From Alphaproteobacteria bacterium (GTDB lineage: Bacteria > Pseudomonadota > Alphaproteobacteria > UBA828), in the NCBI GenBank assembly GCA_965220745.1, contig CBDCQT010000012.1, forward strand, positions 256,001-320,000: 64,000 nt of DNA, in the 5' to 3' direction. The stretch's first letter is position 1; each line of letters starts with the position of its first letter. Below the pieces are notes generated by a model that did not search any database, was not told where the DNA came from, and saw nothing but the letters and a program-made list of their open reading frames with translations. This document shows positions 43,551 through 55,223 of this stretch, piece after piece. A program made the translations under genes and the position numbers.

Positions 43551-43642
43551 GCCATGGGGCTACTCCTGTCATCGGAATTGCCCAGGAATAGGTAATAATT
43601 GCTGCCCACACGAGAGACAGAATTCGCGGAATTGTGTCCCTG

Positions 43643-44383
43643 TTAGGAGACCGCGTCTGCCTTCGCCTCCCTCTTCTTCGCCTTCTTCCTCACCCGGTCC
43701 CGTATTTTCTTGATGGTCTCCGGGTCCGCATCGATGAGGCCTTCCTTTCGACACGCCTCTGCAACTATCTCCAGCGCATCCTTCAGTTTCGAGTTTGTCA
43801 GATTGGTCAAGATATCGATTGCCAAAGTAATCTTCTGGTCGCGCCTCCACTTCATCGGTTTCGGTCCCCGTCGGCGCTCCAGACGATCAGTGAACAGTGC
43901 GGCACTCGCCCAATTTCGTAGACTGGGCGGAATCGGCTCCCCCAAACTGACAATCAGAGCCACGAGATGACGCAATAAACTGTCGGCTCGCGGGTCGGTC
44001 TTGGCCTGTTCCACCCACTTTCGGCATCGCAGACATGCACCAAACCGGTAGTAGACATCGAGCATGCCGAAAGCCTTGTAGCGCACAATGGCGTCTTGGT
44101 AGGTCAATCCGGCTAGCGTTCCGTCCTCGACATTCAAGATGTGCCTGGCCATCAACTCGCGCCGAGAGTCGATCTTCTCCGCTGCCTCTCTATCTCTCGA
44201 CGCAGGCTCCAAGAATGGACTAAAGCGCTTCTCTTCAGTGGCCGCTACATTCCAGCCCCGATCAAACTCTGGATCATCATCCCCTCCGTCATCAGGTTTT
44301 GGATTATCAACGACCAAGCTTTGGCACGCTTTGAAGTGGTCGATCCGATCTTTCTCACTCAGATATTTCTTCAGGTCCGCCAA
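43643..44383 (-). CDS. Hypothetical protein between integrase and alpA (possible C-terminal HTH); start uncertain
   Basis: Lower-GC open frame; position typical of P4-like island regulators. Confidence 0.55.
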   Translation of the reverse strand: MADLKKYLSEKDRIDHFKACQSLVVDNPKPDDGGDDDPEFDRGWNVAATEEKRFSPFLEPASRDREAAEKIDSRRELMARHILNVEDGTLAGLTYQDAIVRYKAFGMLDVYYRFGACLRCRKWVEQAKTDPRADSLLRHLVALIVSLGEPIPPSLRNWASAALFTDRLERRRGPKPMKWRRDQKITLAIDILTNLTNSKLKDALEIVAEACRKEGLIDADPETIKKIRDRVRKKAKKREAKADAVS

Positions 44384-44480
44384 GCTGTGTTCGATCAGGA
44401 AGGGGCCATCCTGATCGACGAGGGCGTGGAGGCTAGGAGGGACAGGGGGCGAGCGCCCTTCCAGGCAGGGGCAACGTAGC

Positions 44481-45674
44481 CTATCCAAGGTGGTGCACCA
44501 TCGGCACGACGCGTCCTTCCTCGCTCTCCAGGTAGGCCGCCCATTGCTCCATAAGCGCGCGGCGCTTCTCGAGCAGCGTAGACCGCGCGTAGGCCGCCTC
44601 GACGGCACTGCCCACCGCGTGGGCCAGGCAGAGTTCCATGACCGCGTGCGGCGCGTTCGTGCACTCGCCTGCCCAGTCCCGGAAGCTCGACCGGAAGCCG
44701 TGGACGGTGGTGCGATCGGCGAACTCGAGGTCCCGCAACAGCTTGGTCAGGGTCATGTCGCTCATCGGCTTGCCCGGCCGCAGAGGCGACGGGAACACGA
44801 GGTCGCTCGCCAAATGGTGGATGGACTTGGCCTCCGCCAGGACCGCCACGGCGCGAGGCGAGAGCGGCACACGGTGCTCGACCTTGGCCTTCATGCGCTC
44901 GGCCGGGACGGTCCAAGTGGCGGTGTCCGTATCCATCTCTGACCAGCCAGCGCCGCGCGCCTCGCCTGACCGCGCGGCTGTCAGGATCAGGAACTCGAGA
45001 CACCACTTTGACGCCAGGGAGGCTCTCGATCCCCTTACGGCCTCGATCACCTCATGCACCTCGCCGTAAGGCATCGCTCGAAAATGGTTCTTGACCCTCG
45101 GCATGGTCGGTAACGCGCCGTCGATCGTCTCGCCCGCGACGTTGTTCTCGACATATCCGTGAGCCATGGCCCACTTGAGGATCGTGCGGATGCGCTGCCT
45201 GACGCGCCGCGCGGTCTCCATGCGTACATGCCAAATTGGTGTAAGGATGCGCAGCACGTCCTCTCGGCCGATCTGGTCAACGGGCAAGTCGCCGATGACC
45301 GGGAAGGCGTGCCGCTCCAGTGACTGCCACCAGCCCACCGTGTGCTTGCCGTTTCGCCAGCGCGGCTTGTTCGCTTCGAACGTCCGTTCCGCGGCCTCGC
45401 GAAACGTGGGTGTAGCGACCTTGCGTCTCTCGGCGAGCGGGTCGCCGCCGGCCGCGATCAACCTGCGGTCGTGGGCTACAGCCTCGCGAGCCTGGGCAAG
45501 TCCGACATCTGGGAACCGCCCCAGACCGATATCTCGCCGCTTGCCTGCGACCACCACGCGCTGGATCCAAGACCGTGCGCCGGTGCGTGAGATCTTGAGG
45601 TAGAGTCCGGCTCCGTCGCCGTGCATGCTGGGCGTCTTCAGGCTCCGTATCCCCGCTGCTGTCAGTTTCGGCAT
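44481..45674 (-). CDS. P4-like tyrosine integrase with arm-binding domain
   Basis: DGAGLYL, LGRFPDVGL; catalytic ARSGE, ERMK, HGFR, LAH, AY; adjacent to the tRNA 3' end. Confidence 0.95.
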   Translation of the reverse strand: MPKLTAAGIRSLKTPSMHGDGAGLYLKISRTGARSWIQRVVVAGKRRDIGLGRFPDVGLAQAREAVAHDRRLIAAGGDPLAERRKVATPTFREAAERTFEANKPRWRNGKHTVGWWQSLERHAFPVIGDLPVDQIGREDVLRILTPIWHVRMETARRVRQRIRTILKWAMAHGYVENNVAGETIDGALPTMPRVKNHFRAMPYGEVHEVIEAVRGSRASLASKWCLEFLILTAARSGEARGAGWSEMDTDTATWTVPAERMKAKVEHRVPLSPRAVAVLAEAKSIHHLASDLVFPSPLRPGKPMSDMTLTKLLRDLEFADRTTVHGFRSSFRDWAGECTNAPHAVMELCLAHAVGSAVEAAYARSTLLEKRRALMEQWAAYLESEEGRVVPMVHHLG

Positions 45675-45813
45675 TTCCCATCCCCACATTCGTGCCAACA
45701 TCAATGTTGGGAATATATGTAAAGCGCTGAGAACACGCGGGAGAGATTGTCTCTATAAGATACTAAAGTAGGGGAGTTTTTAGTACTTCCTGAAAGCACT
45801 TGGGGAAGGAGAC

Positions 45814-45901
45814 TGGCGGAGGGACGGGGATTCGAACCCCGGACACCTCTCGGTGAACACGCTTTCCAGGCGTGCGCCTTAAACCACTCGGCCATCCCTC
45901 C
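45814..45901 (-). tRNA. tRNA-Ser(GGA)
   Basis: GGAGGGATGGCCGAGTGGTTTAAGG...CTGGAAA...GGTTCGAATCC...CCTCCGCCA; long variable arm; encoded CCA. Confidence 0.97.
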
Positions 45902-45977
45902 GCGGGGGCGGAACAATAGCAACAACCCCTGGCGCTGCAATATCGGAGACACCATATAGGCCGAAAGGAGGCGTCAT

Positions 45978-46280
45978 ATGGTGATCCTTCGGCTTGTCGG
46001 GGTCGTGCTCTGCCTGGTGTTCCTCGCGGTGCTCGGCCATGAGATCTACGGCTGGGCAACGGGCAGTGGCTATCGCCTGATTTCGGGTGGTGAGCTGTGG
46101 TTCCGCTTCGACGGGAACAGCCTCGTCGGCTTCCAGGCCCTGATCGAGAAGAATATCGCCCCCTGGCTCTGGTCGGACATCGTGCTGCCGGTGCTGCGCG
46201 GGCCGGCCTGGGCGATTCCCCTGGTGCCGGCGGCGCTGATGCTCGTGTTCGCGAGGCTCCGGCGCCGTCAATACGCCTGA
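45978..46280 (+). CDS. Small hypothetical membrane protein
   Basis: RBS AGGAGG; two hydrophobic segments. Confidence 0.7.
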   Translation: MVILRLVGVVLCLVFLAVLGHEIYGWATGSGYRLISGGELWFRFDGNSLVGFQALIEKNIAPWLWSDIVLPVLRGPAWAIPLVPAALMLVFARLRRRQYA

Positions 46281-46292
46281 TCCGGCAGCGGC

Positions 46293-48095
46293 CTATGACT
46301 CGCCCATCTTGAGCGCGGCGAGAAAGGCTTCCTGTGGAATCTCGACGTTGCCGATCTGGCGCATTCGCTTCTTGCCCCTCTTTTGCTTCTCCAGAAGCTT
46401 GCGCTTGCGCGTCACGTCGCCGCCGTAACACTTCGCCAACACGTCCTTGCGCAAGGGGCTCACGGTCTCGCGCGCGATGATCTTGCCGCCGATGGCGGCC
46501 TGGATCGCGATCTTGAAGAGCTGGCGCGGAATCAGCTCCTTGAGGCGGACGCAGAGCGCCCGGCCGCGCCGCTCGGCCTGGCTCCGGTGGGCGATGAGCG
46601 CCAAAGCGTCCACGGGCTCGCCATTGATCATGATGGCGAGCTTGACCAGGTCGCTCTCCAGGTAGTCCTCGAGCCGGTAGTCGAAGCTCGCATAGCCGCG
46701 CGAGACCGACTTGAGACGGTCGTAGAAGTCGAAGACGACCTCGTTGAGCGGTAGCCGGTAGATCACCATCGCCCGGTTGCCCGCGTAGGTGAGGTCGAGC
46801 TGCTCGCCGCGCTTCTCCTCGCAGAGCGCGAGCACGCCGCCGAGATGCTCGTCGGGCACCAGAATCGTGGCGTGAATCCAGGGCTCGTCGATCCGCTTGA
46901 TCCGCGAGGGGTCGGGCATGTCCGCCGGGTTGTGGAGCGAAAGTTCCTGCCCGTCGGTGAGCGTCACGCGGTAGACCACGCTCGGCGCCGTCGCCACGAG
47001 GTCGAGGCCGAACTCGCGCTCCAGCCGCTCCTGCACGATCTCCAGATGGAGCAGGCCGAGAAAGCCGCAGCGGAAGCCGAAACCCAGAGCCGGCGAGCTC
47101 TCGGCGTCGTAATGAAAACTCGAATCGTTGAGGCGGAGCTTGGCGAGGCTCTCGCGCAGCCGCTCGTAGTCGTTCGAATCGACCGGGAAGAGGCCGCAGA
47201 AGACCACGGGCACGCTGGGGCGAAAGCCCGGCAGCGCCTCCGCCGCAGGCCGTCTCACCGCCGTGATCGTGTCGCCCACCTCGCAGTCGGCCACGTCCTT
47301 GATGGCGGCTGTGATGAAGCCGATCTCGCCGGGACCGAGGCTCTGCACCAGCGTCTTCTTCGGCGTGAATACGCCGACTCGCTCGACCTCGTGCTCCGCG
47401 CCCGAGGCCATCATCCTGATCTTCGTGCGCGGCGTGAGGCGGCCGTGCACCACGCGCACCAGGATCACCACGCCGAGATAGGGATCGTACCAGCTATCGA
47501 CCAGCAGGGCCGTGAGCGGCGTGTCGGCGTCGCCTGCGGGCGGCGGCAGTCGGGCGATGAGCGCGTCGAGGACAGTCTCGATGCCCTGGCCGGTCTTGGC
47601 GGAGACCTCCAGCGCGCCTGACGCGTCGATGCCGATGACGTCCTCGATCTGCTGCTTCACGCGCTCCGGTTCGGCTGACGCGAGGTCCATCTTGTTGAGC
47701 ACAGGAACGATTTCGTGATCGTGGTCCACCGCCTGGTAGGCGTTGGCGAGAGTTTGCGCCTCCACGCCCTGGGTGGCATCGACCACCAGCAGCGAGCCTT
47801 CGCAGGCCGCGAGCGAGCGGCTCACCTCGTAGGAGAAATCCACGTGGCCGGGGGTGTCCACGAGATTGACCACGTGCTCGGCACCGTCGGCGCCGCGGTG
47901 GGCGAGGCGCACGGTCTGCGCCTTGATCGTGATGCCGCGCTCGCGCTCGAGCTCCATCGAGTCGAGCACCTGGCTGGTCATCTCGCGCTTCTGCAGGCCG
48001 CCGCAGCGCTCGATCAGCCGGTCGGCGAGGGTCGACTTGCCGTGGTCGATGTGGGCGATAATCGCGACGTTGCGGATGCGCGCGAGATCGGTCAT
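46293..48095 (-). CDS. lepA: Elongation factor 4 (LepA)
   Basis: [31 protein letters not shown]. Confidence 0.98.
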   Translation of the reverse strand: MTDLARIRNVAIIAHIDHGKSTLADRLIERCGGLQKREMTSQVLDSMELERERGITIKAQTVRLAHRGADGAEHVVNLVDTPGHVDFSYEVSRSLAACEGSLLVVDATQGVEAQTLANAYQAVDHDHEIVPVLNKMDLASAEPERVKQQIEDVIGIDASGALEVSAKTGQGIETVLDALIARLPPPAGDADTPLTALLVDSWYDPYLGVVILVRVVHGRLTPRTKIRMMASGAEHEVERVGVFTPKKTLVQSLGPGEIGFITAAIKDVADCEVGDTITAVRRPAAEALPGFRPSVPVVFCGLFPVDSNDYERLRESLAKLRLNDSSFHYDAESSPALGFGFRCGFLGLLHLEIVQERLEREFGLDLVATAPSVVYRVTLTDGQELSLHNPADMPDPSRIKRIDEPWIHATILVPDEHLGGVLALCEEKRGEQLDLTYAGNRAMVIYRLPLNEVVFDFYDRLKSVSRGYASFDYRLEDYLESDLVKLAIMINGEPVDALALIAHRSQAERRGRALCVRLKELIPRQLFKIAIQAAIGGKIIARETVSPLRKDVLAKCYGGDVTRKRKLLEKQKRGKKRMRQIGNVEIPQEAFLAALKMGES

Positions 48096-48132
48096 GGCCG
48101 CGTCTCCACGCGTCGGCCGGCGCTCGGGCGGG

Positions 48133-50541
48133 TCAGCCGCGCAGCACGCCGCCGGTCATCTTCGCCACGTTGGCGACGATCTTCGCGGCCGCCGCGTCGA
48201 TTTCCGGGTCGGTCAACGTGCGGTTCGGCGCCTCCAGGCGAACGGTGATCGCGAGGGACTTCTTGTCCGCCTCGATGCCGGGGCCGGCGTAGACATCGAA
48301 CACCGTTACCGCCTTGATCAGCGCCTTCTCGGCATTGCGGGCCGCGCGCTCGACCTCCGACGCGGGCACGCCGCCATCGAGGATGAACGCGAAGTCGCGC
48401 TCGGCCGCCGGATAGTCAGAGGCCGCGAGCGAGGGCTTGGCGCGTGTGGCTTTCGCCTTGGGCCGGGGCAGGGCGTCGATCATCACCTCAAAGCCCACCA
48501 TCGGCCCTTCGGCCCCAAGCTCCGCGAGGACGCCGGGATGCAGCTCGCCGAAGGTGGCGAGCACGTTGCGGCCGAGGCCGAGCGTGCCGACCCGGCCGGG
48601 GTGGTACCAAGACGGACCTTCCGCCCTGGTCTGAAGGTTGCCGAGCGAGACGCCGGCTGCGCTGAGCGCGGCGAGCGCATCGGCCTTGGCATCGAAGGGG
48701 TCCACCGGCCGCGCCGGCCCGTGCCAATTGCGCGGCACTGCCGCTACGGCCCGAACGCCTGCCACCACCGTCTGTTGCTCCTCCGGCGCCGTGCCAGCGT
48801 AGACCGGCCCGGTCTCGAACAGCGCCGCGTCGGCGAAGCCGCGATCCGCGTTGCGCCGGCAGGCCTCGATCAGATTGGGCAGGATCGAGGGGCGCATGGC
48901 ATCGAGCTCGGCATTGATCGGGTTCGCCAGCACCAGCGCGTCGGGCGCATCGCCGAAAAGCGCGGCGTGCTGTCTCGGTATGAACGACCAGGTCACCGCC
49001 TCGAACATGCCGCGCGCCGTGAGCGAGCGGCGTACCGCGCCGAGCTTCCGGCGTGTGGGCGAGAGCGCCGGCCGCGCCCGCTCAACTGCCGTCGGGTTGA
49101 GGGAGACTGCGGGGATCTGGTCGAAACCCGCAATCCGCAGCACTTCCTCGACAAGGTCCGCCTCGCCGAGGATGTCGCCCCGCCAGGGCGGTGGCTCGAC
49201 CGAAACCGCGTCATTGCCTTGTTCCTCGCAAGCGAAGCCCAGAGCCGAGAGGATGCCGAGCGACTCCTCCCGCTCGCAGTCGACGCCGCCGAGCGCCTTG
49301 ACCCTGGAGGGGCGGAAGGCGATCTCGCGCCGCCACGCGGGCTCCGCGCCGGCGACCACGACCTCGCTCGCCTCACCGCCGCAGAGTTCCATCACGAGCC
49401 GCGTCATCAGCTCCATGCCCGGTCCCGCGAAAGCGGGATCGACCCCGCGCTCGAAGCGGTAGCGCGCGTCGCTTTCCAGGTTGAAGGTGCGCCCGGTTGC
49501 GGCGGTGCGGACGGGATCGAAGAGCGCGATCTCGATGAAGACATCGGTCGTTTCCATCGTGCATCCCGTGGGCTCGCCGCCCATCACGCCGGCGAGACTG
49601 ATGACGCCGCTCTCGTCGCCGATCCCGGTCATGCTGTCGTCGAGCACGTACTCCTTGCCGTTGAGCGCGGCGAATTTCGCGCCGCCTTGACCCAGCCTCA
49701 GCCAGATGTCGCCCTTCACCTTGCCGGCGTCGAAGACGTGCACGGGGCGGTTGCGGTCGATGGTTAGGAAGTTGGTGAGGTCGACCAGCGCAGAGATCGG
49801 GCGCAGGCCGACCGAGGCGAGCCTCTCCTTGAGCCAGCGCGGGCTCTCGCAGTTGCGCACGCCTCGGATATAGCGGCCGAGAAACAGCGGGCAGGGGCTC
49901 GGCCCGTCTCCAGGAAAGTCCAGCACCACGTTGATGGGGCTCGTGAACGTGCCGGCGACGGGCTCGATGTCGGCGCTCTTGAGGCGGCCGAGGCCGGCTG
50001 CCGCAAGGTCGCGGGCGATACCGTAAACGCCGAGGCAATCGGCGCGGTTGGGCGTGATCGCAATGTCGAACAACGGGTCGTCCAGGCCCATCACTTCGGC
50101 GAAGGGCGCGCCTACCGGGGCCTCCGGGTCGAGCTCGATGATTCCCTCGTGCTCGTCGCTCAGGCCCATCTCGCGCTCGGAGCAGAGCATGCCGCAGCTC
50201 TCGATGCCCCTGATCTTCGCCTTCTTGAGCACGACGCCGGTGCCGGGGATGGTGGTGCCGGGCGGAGCGAAGACGCCCTTCATTCCCGTTCGCGCATTGG
50301 GCGCGCCGCACACCACCTCGACCCGTTCGGTGCCGGTATCGACCGTGCAAAGCCTCAGCTTGTCGGCGTTGGGATGCTGACGCGCCTCGACCACGTAGGC
50401 GACGGTGAAGGGCGCGAGCTCGTCGCCGGGCCGGCGGACCTCCTCCACCTCGAGCCCGACGGCGGTGAGCTTGGCCGCGATGTCGTCCAGCGACGCATCG
50501 GTCTCCAGATGCGTCTTCAGCCAGGAGAAAGTGAACTTCAC
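48133..50541 (-). CDS. pheT: Phenylalanine-tRNA ligase beta subunit
   Basis: [28 protein letters not shown]. Confidence 0.98.
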   Translation of the reverse strand: MKFTFSWLKTHLETDASLDDIAAKLTAVGLEVEEVRRPGDELAPFTVAYVVEARQHPNADKLRLCTVDTGTERVEVVCGAPNARTGMKGVFAPPGTTIPGTGVVLKKAKIRGIESCGMLCSEREMGLSDEHEGIIELDPEAPVGAPFAEVMGLDDPLFDIAITPNRADCLGVYGIARDLAAAGLGRLKSADIEPVAGTFTSPINVVLDFPGDGPSPCPLFLGRYIRGVRNCESPRWLKERLASVGLRPISALVDLTNFLTIDRNRPVHVFDAGKVKGDIWLRLGQGGAKFAALNGKEYVLDDSMTGIGDESGVISLAGVMGGEPTGCTMETTDVFIEIALFDPVRTAATGRTFNLESDARYRFERGVDPAFAGPGMELMTRLVMELCGGEASEVVVAGAEPAWRREIAFRPSRVKALGGVDCEREESLGILSALGFACEEQGNDAVSVEPPPWRGDILGEADLVEEVLRIAGFDQIPAVSLNPTAVERARPALSPTRRKLGAVRRSLTARGMFEAVTWSFIPRQHAALFGDAPDALVLANPINAELDAMRPSILPNLIEACRRNADRGFADAALFETGPVYAGTAPEEQQTVVAGVRAVAAVPRNWHGPARPVDPFDAKADALAALSAAGVSLGNLQTRAEGPSWYHPGRVGTLGLGRNVLATFGELHPGVLAELGAEGPMVGFEVMIDALPRPKAKATRAKPSLAASDYPAAERDFAFILDGGVPASEVERAARNAEKALIKAVTVFDVYAGPGIEADKKSLAITVRLEAPNRTLTDPEIDAAAAKIVANVAKMTGGVLRG

Positions 50542-51614
50542 GCGCTCAGCCCCGCGGCCAGGCTCGGCACGTCGAAGGGCGCGAAGCCGTAGTGGCGCAG
50601 CCAGCGCAGGTCGGCGTCGAAGAAGCTGCGCAGGTCGGGAATGCCGTACTTCAGCATGGCCGGGCGCTCGACCCCGAGGCCGAAGGCAAAGCCCTGGTAG
50701 CGCGCAGGATCAAGCCCCACGATCTCCAGCACCTTCGGGTGCACCATGCCGCAGCCCAGAATCTCCATCCAGTCGGCGCCATGGCCGATACGAAGGCCTC
50801 CGCCTTCCCGCGAGCAGCCGATGTCCATCTCGGCGGACGGCTCGGTGAAGGGAAAGTAGCTCGGCCGGAAGCGCACCGGCAGGTCTTCGACCTCGAAGAA
50901 CGCCCGCGCCAGATCGATCAGGCAACCCTTGAGATGGCCCATGTGGGTGCTCTCGTCGATCACCAGCCCCTCGATCTGATGGAACATGGGCGTGTGGGTC
51001 ATGTCGTAGTCGCAGCGGTAGGTGCGACCCGGTGCGATGATGCGGTGCGGCGGCGGCTCGGCCTGCATGTGGCGGATCTGCACCGGCGAGGTGTGGGTCC
51101 TGAGCAGCATGCGTTCGCCCGCCTCGTCGGCGCCGAAATAGAAGGTGTCGTGCATCTGGCGCGCCGGGTGTTCCGGCGGGATGTTGAGCGCGGTGAAATT
51201 GTGGAAGTCGTCCTCGATGTCGGGCCCCTCGACAACCCGGAAGCCCATGTCGGCGAGGATCGCGATCAGCTCGTCCAGCACCTGGCTGATGGGATGAACC
51301 GTGCCCTCCGCCTCAGGCCGGGTCGGCAGGGTGACGTCCACACGCTCCGTCGCGAGGCGCTGGTCCAGGGCGGCGCGCTCTAGCGCCGCGCGGCGCACGT
51401 CGACGGCGTCGGCGAGCTTGCGCTTGATCTGGTTGAGCCTGACTCCCGCTTCCTTGCGGGCGTCAATATCGAGCACGCCCAGGCCCTTCATCGCCTGACT
51501 GAGCGGCGACTTCTTGCCGAGCGCGGCGACGCGCGCCTGCTCCAGTGCGGGCAGGTCGCCGGCCGCCTCGATCCCGGCCAGCATCTGCTCTTCCAGGGCG
51601 TGAAGGTCTTCCAA
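50538..51614 (-). CDS. pheS: Phenylalanine-tRNA ligase alpha subunit
   Basis: HPARQMHDTF, RTHTSPVQ, FPFTEPS; probable TTG start. Confidence 0.97.
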   Translation of the reverse strand: MEDLHALEEQMLAGIEAAGDLPALEQARVAALGKKSPLSQAMKGLGVLDIDARKEAGVRLNQIKRKLADAVDVRRAALERAALDQRLATERVDVTLPTRPEAEGTVHPISQVLDELIAILADMGFRVVEGPDIEDDFHNFTALNIPPEHPARQMHDTFYFGADEAGERMLLRTHTSPVQIRHMQAEPPPHRIIAPGRTYRCDYDMTHTPMFHQIEGLVIDESTHMGHLKGCLIDLARAFFEVEDLPVRFRPSYFPFTEPSAEMDIGCSREGGGLRIGHGADWMEILGCGMVHPKVLEIVGLDPARYQGFAFGLGVERPAMLKYGIPDLRSFFDADLRWLRHYGFAPFDVPSLAAGLSA

Positions 51615-51657
51615 GGACCCTACTCCGACGGCCGTGCCGCGATGGCCCGGCGGCCGA

Positions 51658-52023
51658 TCAGCCGGTCGCGCCGTGCGCGCTCCGCGCCTGCTCCACGACG
51701 GCCGCGAACGCTGCCGGCTCACGGACGGCGAGGTCCGCCAGCACCTTGCGGTCGATATCCACCTTGGCGAGTGCGAGTCCGTGCATCAGCTGCGAATAGG
51801 TGAGCCCGTGCTCGCGGGCCGCGGCGTTGATCCGCTGGATCCAGAGCGCGCGGAAGCGGCGCTTGCGGGTGCGGCGATCGCGGTAGGCGTATTGCAGCGC
51901 CTTCTCGACCCGCCCGAGGGCCACCCGGTAGCTGGAATGGCCGCGCCCGCGATAGCCGCGGGCCAGCTTCAGCACCTTCTTGTGCCGGGCGTGGTTGGTC
52001 ACGCCCCGCTTTACCCGTGCCAT
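51658..52023 (-). CDS. rplT: 50S ribosomal protein L20
   Basis: MARVKRGV...WIQRINAA. Confidence 0.98.
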   Translation of the reverse strand: MARVKRGVTNHARHKKVLKLARGYRGRGHSSYRVALGRVEKALQYAYRDRRTRKRRFRALWIQRINAAAREHGLTYSQLMHGLALAKVDIDRKVLADLAVREPAAFAAVVEQARSAHGATG

Positions 52024-52044
52024 GGGGATGTTCCTCCGACGCGC

Positions 52045-52242
52045 TCAGAGATAAGGCAGAAACTGCCGCACGATCGCCGCATCCGGCGCGGAAAGCACCT
52101 GGGCGCCGCGCTGGTTGCGCTTCACCTTCTTCTCGCGCTTGGTCAGATTGTGGCGGTGGTAGGCGGCACGCCGGCGCAGCTTGCCGCGCCCCGTGGCGGA
52201 GAACCGCTTCTTCGCGCTGCTCTTGGTCTTGAGCTTGGACAT
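52045..52242 (-). CDS. rpmI: 50S ribosomal protein L35
   Basis: [14 protein letters not shown]. Confidence 0.97.
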   Translation of the reverse strand: MSKLKTKSSAKKRFSATGRGKLRRRAAYHRHNLTKREKKVKRNQRGAQVLSAPDAAIVRQFLPYL

Positions 52243-52423
52243 AAGCGTCTCGCGATCGTCGTCGTTTCTCGAAAGGGTGGGGCACGCCGGGCGCGCGCCC
52301 TTGTACTCGCAGTGCTGGCCGGATTCAAGAGTAGATGCGCTGGCGCGGCGTTCACGCCAGGGCGTTGCAAAATGGAGGCAGTCGCTGTGCTCGGCTACGA
52401 GGCGCCGGTGCAGTGCCCGGCGG

Positions 52424-52960
52424 CTACTTGCAGGTCATCACCATGGTCATCTGGCGGCCCTCCATCTTCGGCATCTGCTCCACCTTCGCCAAATCCTCGA
52501 GATCGTCGCGCACGCGCATCAGCACGTTCATGCCGATGTTCTGGTGCACCATCTCGCGTCCCCGGAAGCGCATGGTCACCTTGACCTTGTCGCCTTCGTC
52601 GAGGAAACGGCGAATGTTGCGCAGCTTCACGTCGTAGTCAGCCGCGTCGATGCCGGGCCGGAATTTGACCTCTTTGATATCGATCGTTTTTTGCTTCTTG
52701 CGGGCTTCGCTGGCCTTCTTCTGGGCCTCGTACTTGTACTTGCCGAAGTCGAGGAGCTTGCACACCGGCGGCTCCGCGTCCGGCGCAACCTCGACCAGGT
52801 CGAGCCCCGTCTCGTCCGCGAGCTCTAGAGCCCGCTCCACGGCGACGACGCCGACCTGTCCTCCGTTTTGATCGATGAGGCGGACACTTGCCGCCTGAAT
52901 GTCATCATTGACGCGCGGTCCTTCACGCGTCGGTGGTGCCGCGACCGGATGTCTCGCTAT
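52424..52960 (-). CDS. infC: Translation initiation factor IF-3 (probable non-canonical ATA start)
   Basis: Frame extends upstream to (I)[20 protein letters not shown], with GGAG before ATA; [15 protein letters not shown]. Confidence 0.95.
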   Translation of the reverse strand: MARHPVAAPPTREGPRVNDDIQAASVRLIDQNGGQVGVVAVERALELADETGLDLVEVAPDAEPPVCKLLDFGKYKYEAQKKASEARKKQKTIDIKEVKFRPGIDAADYDVKLRNIRRFLDEGDKVKVTMRFRGREMVHQNIGMNVLMRVRDDLEDLAKVEQMPKMEGRQMTMVMTCK

Positions 52961-53025
52961 CCCCCGTCTCCCTTCATCGTGGCGCTAGACGGGCCGACGG
53001 CATCGTCATGGATAGTGTCGCTTCG

Positions 53026-54966
53026 TCAACCCGTTCCCTCCTGGGCGGCTCGCCGGCTGAGCGGACTGGCCGCTTGGTGGCAAAGTGTAGTGACGGCCTC
53101 GTCCAGCGCAAGAATTTCTTGATCCCTGGAGCCCAGGCGGCGCAGGGAGACTGTGCCCTGCTCGGCCTCCCGCGCGCCGACGGCGAGGATCAGTGGGATC
53201 TTGGCCGCGCTGTGCTCGCGTACCTTGTAGCCGATCTTCTCGTTGCGCAGGTCGGCGTCGACGCGCAGCCCGGCGCCCTGCAGGCGTGCCGCCACTGTCT
53301 TTGCGTAAGCAGCGTGCTGATCGGTGATGCTCGCCACCACGGCATGCGTGGGCGAGAGCCAGAGCGGCAGGTGGCCGCTGTAATGCTCCAGCAGGATGCC
53401 GATGAAGCGCTCCAGCGAGCCGAACAGCGCCCGGTGCAGCATCACCGGCCGATGCCGCGCGCCGTCCTCGCCGATGTAGCCGGCGTCGAGGCGCTCGGGC
53501 AGGTTCAGGTCGACCTGGAGCGTACCGCACTGCCACTCCCGTCCGATAGCGTCGCGCAGCACGAACTCGAGCTTCGGTCCGTAGAACGCGCCCTCGCCGG
53601 GATTGTGGCTGTAGTCGATCCCCATGCTCTCCAGCGCACCCTGGAGCGCAGCTTCCAGCTGGTCCCAGACCTCGTCGGAGCCGATCCGCTTGGGCGGCCG
53701 GTCGGCGAACTTGATCTCCACGTCGTCGAAGCCGAAGTCGCGATAGATATCGAGGCAGAGCTCGGTCACGCCCCGGCATTCCTCCTCGGTCTGCTCCGGC
53801 GTGCAGAAGATGTGGGCATCGTCCTGGCTGAAGGCGCGCACTCTGAGCAGGCCGTGCAACGCGCCCGACGGCTCGTAGCGGTGGACCTTGCCGAACTCCG
53901 AGATTCTGAGCGGCAGGTCGCGGTAGCTCTTGATGCCGCGCTTGTAGACCTGCACGTGCCCCGGGCAGTTCATCGGCTTGATGGCATAGTGCCGGCCGTC
54001 CTCGGTCTGGGAAACGAACATGTGCTCGCGGAAGGTCTGCCAGTGGCCGGAGGCCTCCCAGAGCACGCTGTCCATCATGTCGGGCGTGCTGACCTCGTGG
54101 TAGCCGGCGGCGTCCTGCCGCGCGCGCATGTAGTCGACGAGGGAGCGGAAGAGCGTCCAGCCCTTGGGGTGCCAGAACGCCGCGCCCGGCGCCTCCTCCT
54201 GAAAGTGGAAGAGGCCCATCTCGCGCCCGAGCCGCCGGTGGTCGCGCTTCTCGGCCTCCTCGAGCCGGTGCAGGTAGGCCTTGAGCTGCTTGTCGTCCGG
54301 CCAGGCGGTGCCGTAGATGCGCTGGAGCATCTCGTTCCGCGCATCGCCCCGCCAGTAGGCGCCGGCGACCTTGAGCAGCTTGAAGGCGCCGACCCTGCCG
54401 GTGGACGGCAGGTGCGGCCCGCGGCAGAGATCGACGAAGTCTCCCTGCCGGTAGAGGGTGATGGCCTCGCCCTCCGGGATCGCGGCGATCAGCTCCGCCT
54501 TGTAGAGCTCGCCCATGTCCTGAAACATCTCGACCGCATCGTCGCGCGACCAGACCTCGCGCTTCACCGTCTCGTCCCGGCTCTTGATCTCGGCCATGCG
54601 CGCCTCGATCTTCTCGAGGTCGGCGGGCGTGAAGGGCTCGTTGCGGGCGAAGTCGTAATAGAACCCGTCCTCGATGGCGGGGCCGATGGTCACCTGGACG
54701 TCGGGATAGAGCTCCTTGACCGCCTCCGCCAGAAGGTGCGCCGCGTCATGGCGGATGACCTCGAGCGCGTCCTCATCGCGCGCGGTGACCACGCGCACCG
54801 CCGCATCGTCTTCGATAGGCCGGGAGAGGTCACGCAGCTCGCCGTCGACCTCGACCAGAAGGGCCGCCTTGGCGAGTCCGGGTCCGATCGACGCCGCGAG
54901 GTCGGCGCCTGTCACAGGGGCGTCGAACGAGCGCGCCGCGCCGTCCGGCAACGAGAGTGTCGGCAT
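53026..54966 (-). CDS. thrS: Threonine-tRNA ligase
   Basis: [33 protein letters not shown]. Confidence 0.98.
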   Translation of the reverse strand: MPTLSLPDGAARSFDAPVTGADLAASIGPGLAKAALLVEVDGELRDLSRPIEDDAAVRVVTARDEDALEVIRHDAAHLLAEAVKELYPDVQVTIGPAIEDGFYYDFARNEPFTPADLEKIEARMAEIKSRDETVKREVWSRDDAVEMFQDMGELYKAELIAAIPEGEAITLYRQGDFVDLCRGPHLPSTGRVGAFKLLKVAGAYWRGDARNEMLQRIYGTAWPDDKQLKAYLHRLEEAEKRDHRRLGREMGLFHFQEEAPGAAFWHPKGWTLFRSLVDYMRARQDAAGYHEVSTPDMMDSVLWEASGHWQTFREHMFVSQTEDGRHYAIKPMNCPGHVQVYKRGIKSYRDLPLRISEFGKVHRYEPSGALHGLLRVRAFSQDDAHIFCTPEQTEEECRGVTELCLDIYRDFGFDDVEIKFADRPPKRIGSDEVWDQLEAALQGALESMGIDYSHNPGEGAFYGPKLEFVLRDAIGREWQCGTLQVDLNLPERLDAGYIGEDGARHRPVMLHRALFGSLERFIGILLEHYSGHLPLWLSPTHAVVASITDQHAAYAKTVAARLQGAGLRVDADLRNEKIGYKVREHSAAKIPLILAVGAREAEQGTVSLRRLGSRDQEILALDEAVTTLCHQAASPLSRRAAQEGTG

Positions 54967-55223
54967 GGCGGCGGCGTCGAATCCCTGCTTGCTCGGTGAA
55001 AGTCGCGGCACTCTATCCGCGGCGCTTCGCCTGTCAAGGAAGGCTTGTTGATGCTGTATCTTGTTTTCCCACAGGCGCCGCGCGCTTGTTCCGCTCGATC
55101 GCGCGACGCTACGCGCCTTGCGGCGCTCTGGCGCTCGACAAGGCTTTCCGTTGGGGACTATATCCTTAGTTGATGGCGCGATGGTGCTGGAGTTGGGGCG
55201 CTGGAGCTGGGTGTGAGCGAGAC

